The notes under the pieces were generated by a model. That model was not told the origin of the DNA. It searched no databases and saw nothing but the letters and a program-made list of their open reading frames with translations. The translations under genes were made by a program, and so were the position numbers. From assembly GCF_009914755.1 (NCBI RefSeq), contig NC_060947.1: a stretch of DNA of 64,000 nt; one strand, given 5' to 3'. The DNA comes from the human T2T-CHM13v2.0 reference genome, Homo sapiens. Positions 55,349 to 64,000 of the stretch are shown here, one piece after another. Position 1 is the first letter of the stretch. Each line of letters begins with the position of its first letter.

Positions 55349-55812
55349 CAGCAGCCTTCTTTAAAATGGCCAAGAATTGCAACCACCCAAGTATACATCA
55401 ACGAGTGAATGGATAAGCAAACCGAGGTATATCCATATGAGGAGATACTATTTGGCAATACAAGATGAAGTAATGATACATGCTACAACATAAATGAAGC
55501 TTGAAAATATCATGCTAAATGGCACATGCCAGTCACAAAAAGCCACTTGTTTCATAATTCAATTTATATGGCAGGTTCAAAAATGTCATACCTATAAAGA
55601 TACACTTAGATTAGTAGCCTAGAGCTAGAGATGGAAATAGGGATTAATGGCAAATGGGCACGAGGAATCTTCATGTGGGGATGGAAGTATTCTAAAAACT
55701 TTATTGTGGTGATGGTTGTATAATATGGCAAATGTACAAAAATCATTGAATTGTACACATAAAATGAATTTTATGACATGTAAATTATATCCCAAAATTG
55801 TTTAAAAAAAAA
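55349..55812 (+). mobile_element. L1MB8-like 3' end
   Basis: GAATGGATAAGCAAA..GATACATGCTACAACAT..GCCAGTCACAAAAAGCCAC..CATTGAATTGTACAC. Confidence 0.8.
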
Positions 55813-57557
55813 ACTACTGAGTACCACTGTACTTAAAATGAATTCTGTCCATTACCATCAGCTTATGAGTTAACATACATTGTTTTATGTAAAAGTTATC
55901 TTTCTATAGAGACAGTCATACTGTACCAGAAATGCTTTTGATATATTCTTCTTCTAGTAACTATTTGAAATTTGTGGTAACTATTTTAGAAGCTCTCATT
56001 TAGTGACTGTGCTCCAACCATCAGGAGACGCACATTGTATTTTCAGTGTAGTTGGTTGTATTACCCTGGACCATTCCCTTCCCTTATTTATCTAAAAAAT
56101 AATGATGCTCTTCTTTATAAAGTATTTAAATATTCATATTCAAATGGAATATCTTCCAAATATGGCATACCTTCAAGTAAGCTATTTAAATAATATACTG
56201 AAATGTGATTATTGCTCTAAAAAAGGGTGTTTTTTTTTTTTCCAAAGTTTGGAGAGTAGAAGAATGGTTACCAGAGGCTAGGAAGTTACATTCGATTTTG
56301 ATCAAATGCATTGAAAATGGAAAGCTATATTGCCACTATACCAAATTTCACCCTCTTGTAAAATAAAAATAGACCAACATGTATTAAAAACTGGAAATCA
56401 GATACTATTTTATAATAATACATTCATCCACAATTACTCAGTGGGTACTTAGAATGCAAAATTTTATGAGTAATTAACCAGCTGAAAATTAAATATATTT
56501 CAATATATATGAAAATAAAAAATACAGGTGATCTATGTTTGCAAAAAATATATATGTAGTAAAAGCTATTTTACCTGAAAGCTATTTTTTGTAATTCAGA
56601 TAATTAGAGGACGACACAAAATGCTTTTAAGTTAATATAGTTTGCATATAGGTATTTTGTAGAACCAGAAGGTAAAATAAATAGATTTTTCGCCATTCCT
56701 ATGGTTTTTCTTATCAGGAAGAGTTGAATGAAGTTTGATTGATATGTTATTTTTCTAAGAATGTTTTTCTCATTTTAAAATTGCTTTTCAACCTAATTTT
56801 CTGAATTTTTTCTTAGCTAAAGTGACTAAAACTTGCAAAAGTCTGAAAGTTTCTCTGATAGTCTCTAAACACTTTTACACAAAATAGGAAATTTGAAAGT
56901 CAAAGTCTTAGAGAATAAACATCCACAGACTCTTATCTTTAAAATGGTAATTCCATACAACTAGAAAATTAACAAAGTCTCTTCTTTCAAGGCAATCACT
57001 AATCTTTCCTATAGTAAAATATTAGGCTGAATCCTAGTTTATCACTGAACTTATGTTCCTTCTTCTTTGCTAATAAATCCTTGAATTAATAAATAAAATG
57101 AAACAGTAAAATGGATTAATGGAATTTCAGTAAGGATTAAATAACATAACATACCAAATATTTTGTACATTGTCTGATATATAGTATTCAATAAATGAAT
57201 AATAAACTTAATAATTATTTGCCCAGTAAATACCAATGAATTCTAATCTAGAATAATTATAAAGGTACAAGCTATTCTGGATTTCTCATGTATTTCTACC
57301 ACAATTTGGACACTAAGGAAGGGCATTGACTTTTGTGCATATTTCTAAACATTATTCTCAAACTTTGTCCAAACCATTTACTGAAAAAATACCGCTAAGT
57401 GATTATCATAAAGGAATAACTAAAGCTAAACATTTTCTTTAACAACGAAGAAGTGTCTTAAAAACAGCCTTTAAAACTCATGGTTTTATTATTCCACTTT
57501 CTCCCTCTTCCTTACTCCAAATCCTAGTCCAACAAATTAAGCTCCAATCACTTTTAG

Positions 57558-57892
<335 letters not shown>

Positions 57893-58224
57893 TGACATTA
57901 AATGGTAATTTTTTTCCTACAACTTAGTTCCCCGCACTTGTCTCATGATTTAAAAATCAAAAATCACATGCTGTGTAAAGAGTACTATTAGAAATATTCA
58001 GCAATCTTTAAAAGCTGCAATTTCATAGTTATTCTTTATTTCTCTATAACTTTGACACCGCCTAAGACATTTCAAAAGAATTCCAAACCACTACAAGCAA
58101 CCAAACACCATGAGGAAGCACTGTGTATGCCTTCTCTATCTACTAATTTTACTGAATGATTAAAGGTTTATGGAAATGAGGAAACCCCATCTTCTTCCGA
58201 GAGGTATTTTTGAAAGTGTTATGA

Positions 58225-61200
58225 GAAGGGCTTCAAAATGGCTGAGTAGAGGCACTGAATATTCACTTCGCCACAAATAATAAGCAAAATAGTGAGTACA
58301 TAACCATACCTCATATAGAACACCGAAGAAAGAATGCTGGAATTTCTCAGGGCAATGATAGAAAACACCTGAGGCAAAGGAGGACCTGGAGGTGAGACAG
58401 CCAAACTGGTGCGAATCAGCTGGAAGCCCTGAAATGCTCCCCAGTGCAGGAAAAGGGTGAGAGACCTCCATGGTTCACATTCTCACCAAGGACTCCTGCA
58501 ATCCTAGTCATGCAAGAGTCCCTCAACCCTCACAGGCCCTGAGACTGGTATAGGACAATGCCTGGAGTCTGCATGACAGCATTACCTCTAAGAGGGAACT
58601 CACATTGGGTCCCATGGATCCGCGGAGACCCAAGTAGCTACAGAATGGCACCATTTTGAGTGCCCAGCCTCCATCAGACTGCATCCCACCCTAGGGCTCA
58701 ACAGCCCCAGCATTTCCACATCCCTGGAACCCCATTCACATCCCTCTACTTCCAACTGGACGGCTAGAGCTGCACAAGGCTAGTTGGACCCAGCACAGCA
58801 ACAGAAACCCCAGCATTCTAGCACACATGGACAGTACAGCAAACTAGGGAGGTGTCCCAGGATAAAGTTAGTCAAAGCACATTTTCCCACAGCCTAGAAC
58901 GCACCTGCCTGGGGCTGATACGACTGACAGCAACCTCACTTCCACTAGCTGCAGGGCCACAGTGCACTTGCATGTGACCTAATAACAGGCTCTCATTGCT
59001 GCAGCTGGAGGACAAAGTACATGTTCCCCTGAATCTGAGAGCTGCCTGCTGAGGTGGCTGCCTTCTGTGCCCCGAGGAGCAGGGCCACAGCATACTTGCA
59101 GGCACTCTGAAAATAGAATCTCTCTTCACCCACTGACGTTGCTGCTGCCACCCAAGCACACCACAAGCAGCCTGGGGATTGCCACGCCCTGCCCATCATA
59201 GCCTGACCTGATGCACATCACTGGGGTGGTCGAAAACAAGCCCATCTAGTCTGCTACAGCTCACCCTCCTGCCCAGTGCTAGATAATGCTGCTAGGGGGA
59301 TGGGGGTTTCCCCACCCTGTAAGCCACCCCAGGTGCAAACACAAACCACCTGAGAACCTAATAATAGTCCAAGAATGCCTGCCTCCACCAGCACCCAAGG
59401 GTGCTGTCCAGAGGCCCTGCCCTATTTACCACAGTTTATGCCTGTGTACAACATCAGGGGGGCCTGAGGATAGGCCATCCCCAAATGGGACTGCTTCCCT
59501 CAATGCCTGAGGCACAGCAACTGAGGACATGGGAACCACCCCACTCTGTCACACTGGCTCTGCATGCACACTACCAGGGGTCTAACAACATGCCCAGGAA
59601 ATCTGCTGCTGGGCCCAAGCATGTTGACCAGAGGACTGGGGATTGCCTTGCCCAGTGCACCACAATTGGCATCTCTGTACTTCTTCCAGGGCCAGCAGGT
59701 AAGGCCTGCCCAGCCTGCCACCACAACTGCTGGCACGCACCTGAATGTTCCAAGTGGGGGTCTCAGAAATGACACAACCCATCACACCCATCACTAACAT
59801 AAGCACATGCCACCTGGGAAACCAAGAATTGCCCCACCACCATTATTGCAACCGTCCATGCCACACATGCTGCTCAGGAGCCCGAGGACACATTCACCCA
59901 CATAGCCTATGGCTGCCACTATGGGGGCCCAAGGAATGCCCCGCCTGACAACCCTGTCCCCAACAAAGCCTCACCATAGCCTTCAATAACAACCACACAC
60001 TAAGCCATTAGGAAATTATGGACAACACTGACATTGTTCATAGCCAAAGAAATCACATGAAGACTACATTACTGCATGCACCCACGATCAAAGCCAAAGT
60101 GCCCTACCTACCCAACCGACAACATAGATATATCTTCAGTAAAAACTCTTCCCCTATGAAGTCAACCCCCCAAAATTGGAAGAAGTGACTATAGTACCAG
60201 ATGTGCAGATATCAGTGTAAGAATGCAAGAAACATGAAAAATGATGGAAAGTAACACCTCCAATAAACACAATAATTCTCTAGCAACAGATTCCAATGAA
60301 AAAGGAATCAATGAAATTCCTGAAAATCAAAATGATATTAAAGATGTTTAGTGAGTTACTAAAAAAACTAAAAATAGAGCTATTATGTGATCCAGAAATC
60401 CCACTGCTGGATATATACCCTAAAATGATGAAAATCAGTGTATCAAAGAGATGTCTGCACTTCTACGTTTCTTGCAGCACTAGTCACAATAGCCAAGATT
60501 TGGAAGTAACCTAAGTGTCCATCAACAGATGAATGGATTAAAAAAAGTGGCAATTATACACAACGGAGTACTATTAATCCATGAAGAAGAATGAGATCCT
60601 GTAATTTGCAACGACATGAATGGAACTACAGGGCATTATGTTCAGTGAAATAAGCAAGGCACAGGAAGACAAATATCACGTGTTCTCACTGATTTATGGG
60701 GCCTAAAAATCCAAACAATTGAACTCATGGACATAGACAGTAGAAGAATTGTTACCAAAGTATGGGAAGGGTAGTGGGGGTGAGTGGTGGGGGTGAGGTG
60801 GGGATGGTTAAAGGGTACAAAAATTTATTTAGGAAGAATAAATAAGACCTAGTGTTTGATAGCACAACAAGGCAGCTATAGTCAATAGTTTAGTTTTACA
60901 TTTAAAAATAAATAGAAGTATAATTGGATTGTTTGTAACACAAAGAATAAATGCTTGAGGGTATGGATACCCCATTTTTCATGATGTGATTATTATACAT
61001 TGCATGCCTGTATTAAAACATCTCATGTACCTCATAAATATATACACTATGTACCAGCAAAAATTAAAAATAAATGAAAAAAGGACATTCAGTGAGATAC
61101 AAAATAATGTATATAAACAATAGAAAAATCAGAAAAATAATTCAGGATGTGAATGAGAAATTCACCAAGGAGACTGATATCATAAAAAGAAACAGAAATA

Positions 61201-62425
61201 CAGTAATGGAATTCAGTGAATGAAATAAAAAATATAATCTAGAACTTTAACAACTGTCTATATCAAGCAGAAAAAGGAATTTCAGAAACTGAAGACATGT
61301 CTTTCAAAATAACCCAGTCAGCCAGAAAAAGTAACAGAATAAAAAAGAATGAAGAGAGTCTACATGATATGTAGAATACCATACAGTGACCAAAAATCAA
61401 ATTTTGTGTATTCTGGAAGGTAAGAGAAGGTCAATGACATAGAAAATCTGTTTGACAAAATAATAGCTAAATACTTCCCAAGACTATCAAGAGATTTAGA
61501 CATTAAGATACAGGAAGCAAATAAATCCCCAAATAGATTCAATTCAACAAAATCTTCTCCATGACATGTTATAATCAACCCGTCAAAAGTCAAAGACAAA
61601 GAGAATTCTAAGAGAATTATCTTAGTAGCAAGAGAAAAGCACCTAGTCACATATATAAGGGTTTACCATCAGATTTACATAGTACTTCTCAGCAGAGACC
61701 TTACAGGCCAGGAGAAAATGGGATGATATATTCAAAGTGTTGAAAGAAAAACAAAAATCTGCCAGCCAAGAATACTCTATAATCTGCAAAGTTATCCTTC
61801 ATAAATGAAGGAGAAATAAAGTATTTCCCAGAGAAGCAAAAGCTGAAGGAATTCATTGCCACTGAACCAACACTACAAGAAATGCTCAATGGGAGTGCTA
61901 AACCTAGAAGCAATAGAACAGTATATACCATAAAACAAACAAACAAACAAACAAAAAACGTGAGAATATAAAACTTACTGGTAAACACACAAATGAGCAA
62001 AATAAGAGTCAAATGTCACCACTACAGAAAACCACCAAAATCACAATGATAACCGATAAGAGAGAAAGGAACAAAAGATATACAAAGCAAACAAAAACAG
62101 TTAATATAATGAGAGGTATATGTCGTCACCTATCAATAATAACCTTGAATGTAAATAAATTAAATTTCCCAGTTAAAATATATAGAATGACTGAATAATG
62201 AGATCAATTATATAAGATAGAACAATTCTAAATATGTATACACTCAATACTGAAGCACCCAGATATATAAAGCAAATATATCAAATCAAAAGGAAGAGAT
62301 AGACTCCAATACAATTATAGTGGAGGACTTCAACAGCCTACCCTCATTAGACGGATATCGTCAGAAAATCAAAAAAAAAAAAAAAAAAAAAAAAGAAAGA
62401 AACATTGGCTTTGAAATGCTCTGTA
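58225..62425 (+). mobile_element. 5' half of an old L1M (L1M1/L1M2-type 5'UTR, ORF1, start of ORF2)
   Basis: Start GGCTTCAAAATGGCTGAGTAGAGGCAC and a ~2 kb GC-rich UTR. ORF1-like CTTCTCAGCAGAGACCTTACAGGCCAGGAGAAAATGGGATGATATATTCAAAG. ORF2 start HLSIITLNVNKLNFPVK. Confidence 0.85.
60356..61080 (+). mobile_element. L1MA2/3-like 3' end nested in the older L1 ORF1
   Basis: AAAAAACTAAAAATAGAGCTA..GAATAAATGCTTGAGG..AAAAATTAAAAA. Degenerate 16-bp TSD AAAGATGTTTAGTGAG (60340-60355) / AAGGACATTCAGTGAG (61081-61096). Confidence 0.88.
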
Positions 62426-62690
<265 letters not shown>

Positions 62691-64000
62691 CTCATCCTTT
62701 TTATGGCTGCATAGTTTTCCATGGTGTATATGTGCCACATTTTCTTGATCCAGTCTATCATTGATGGACGTTTGGGTTGGTTCCAAGTCTTTGCTATTGT
62801 GAATAGTGCTGCATTAAACATACGTGTGCATTTGTCTCTATAGAATGATTTATAATCCTTTGGGTATATACACAGTAATGGAATTGCTGAATTGCTGGGC
62901 CAAATGGTATTTCTGGTTCTAGATCCTTGAGGAATAGCCACACTGTCTTCCACAATGGTTGAACTAATTTACACTCCCACCAACAGTGTAAAAGCGTTCC
63001 TATTTCTCCACATCCTCTCCAGCACCTGTTGTTTCCTGACTTTTTAAAGATTGCCATTCTAACTGGCATGAGATGATATCCCATTGTGGTTTTGATTTGC
63101 ATTTCTCTAATGACCAGTGATGAGCTTTTTTTCATGTTCGTTGGCTGTATAAATGTCTTTTTTTTGAGAAGTGTCTGTTCTTATCCTTCACCCACTTTTT
63201 GATGGGGTTGTGTTTTTCTTGTAAATTTATTTAAGTTCCTTGTAGATTCTGGATATTAGCCCTTTGTCAGATGGATAGATTGCAAAAAACTTTCCCCCAT
63301 TCTGTAGGTTGCCTGATGATAGTTTATTTTGCTGTGCAGAAGCTCTTTAGTTTAATTAGATCCCATTGGTCAACTTTGGCTTTTGTTGCCATTGCTTTTG
63401 GTGTTTTAGCCATGAAGTCTTTGCCCATGCCTATGTCCTGAATGGTATTGCCTAGGCTTCCTTCTGGGGTTTTTATGGTTTTAGGTCTTATGTTTAAGTC
63501 TTTAATCTATCTTGAGTTAATTTTTTATAAGGTGTAAGGAAAGGGTCCAGTTTCAGTTTTCTGCATATGGCTAGCCAGTTTTCCCAACACCATTTATTAA
63601 AAAGGGAATCCTTTCCCCATTGCTTGTTTTTGTCAGGTTTGTCAAAGATCAGATGGTTGTAGATGGATGGCATTATTTCTGAGGCCTCAGTTCTGTTCCA
63701 TTGGTCTATATCTTTGTTTTGGTACCAGTACCGTGCTGTTTTGGTTACTGTAGCCTTGTAGTATTGTTTGAAGTGAGGAAGCATGATGCCTCCAGCTTTG
63801 TTCTTTTTACGCAGGATTGTCTTGGCTATCCGGGCACTTTTTTAGTTGCATATGAAATTTAAAGTAGTTTTTTCTAATTCTATGAAGAAAGTAAATGGTA
63901 TCTTGATGGAGACAGCATTGAATCTATAAATTACTTTGGGCAGTATGGCTATTTTCACGATATTGATTCTTCCTATCCATAAGCATGGAATGTTTTTCCA
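62691..64000 (-). mobile_element. L1PA (L1PA6/7-like) ORF2 C-terminal region in antisense, continuing past the window end
   Basis: ORFs 62672-62953, 62794-63135 and 63494-63784 ([42 protein letters not shown]). Confidence 0.94.

Noticed and set aside
58872-59948. Dense overlapping ORFs
   Set aside because: They lie in the GC-rich L1M 5'UTR and show no coding signature.

Overview
This is primate (human-like) AT-rich, repeat-dense genomic DNA, probably intronic or intergenic. I can support no protein-coding or structured RNA gene. The supplied ORFs are broken LINE-1 ORF1/ORF2 remnants, Alu or LTR read-through, or chance ORFs. Much of the window is a nested stack of LINE-1s (L1PA, L1MA, L1MB, L1MC, L1ME), Alus, MaLR/ERV solo LTRs (THE1, MST, MLT1, MER52, LTR41, LTR49-like), DNA transposons (MER6, Tigger8, MADE1, MER20, MER5) and MIR/L2 relics. 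I found no new enzymatic system. Three kinds of rearrangement scar are the most notable features. (1) One old L1 (1-7030) carries three insertions of copied sequence: 62 bp and 159 bp taken from its own 5'UTR, and a ~250 bp patchwork with two snap-back hairpins. (2) An L1PA 3' transduction of ~210 bp of unique DNA sits inside a perfect 16-bp TSD (10088-10478). (3) An L1PA starts in antisense directly after an Alu tail (62691 onward), as expected for a twin-priming inversion. Subfamily names come from remembered consensus sequences and need RepeatMasker/Dfam confirmation.
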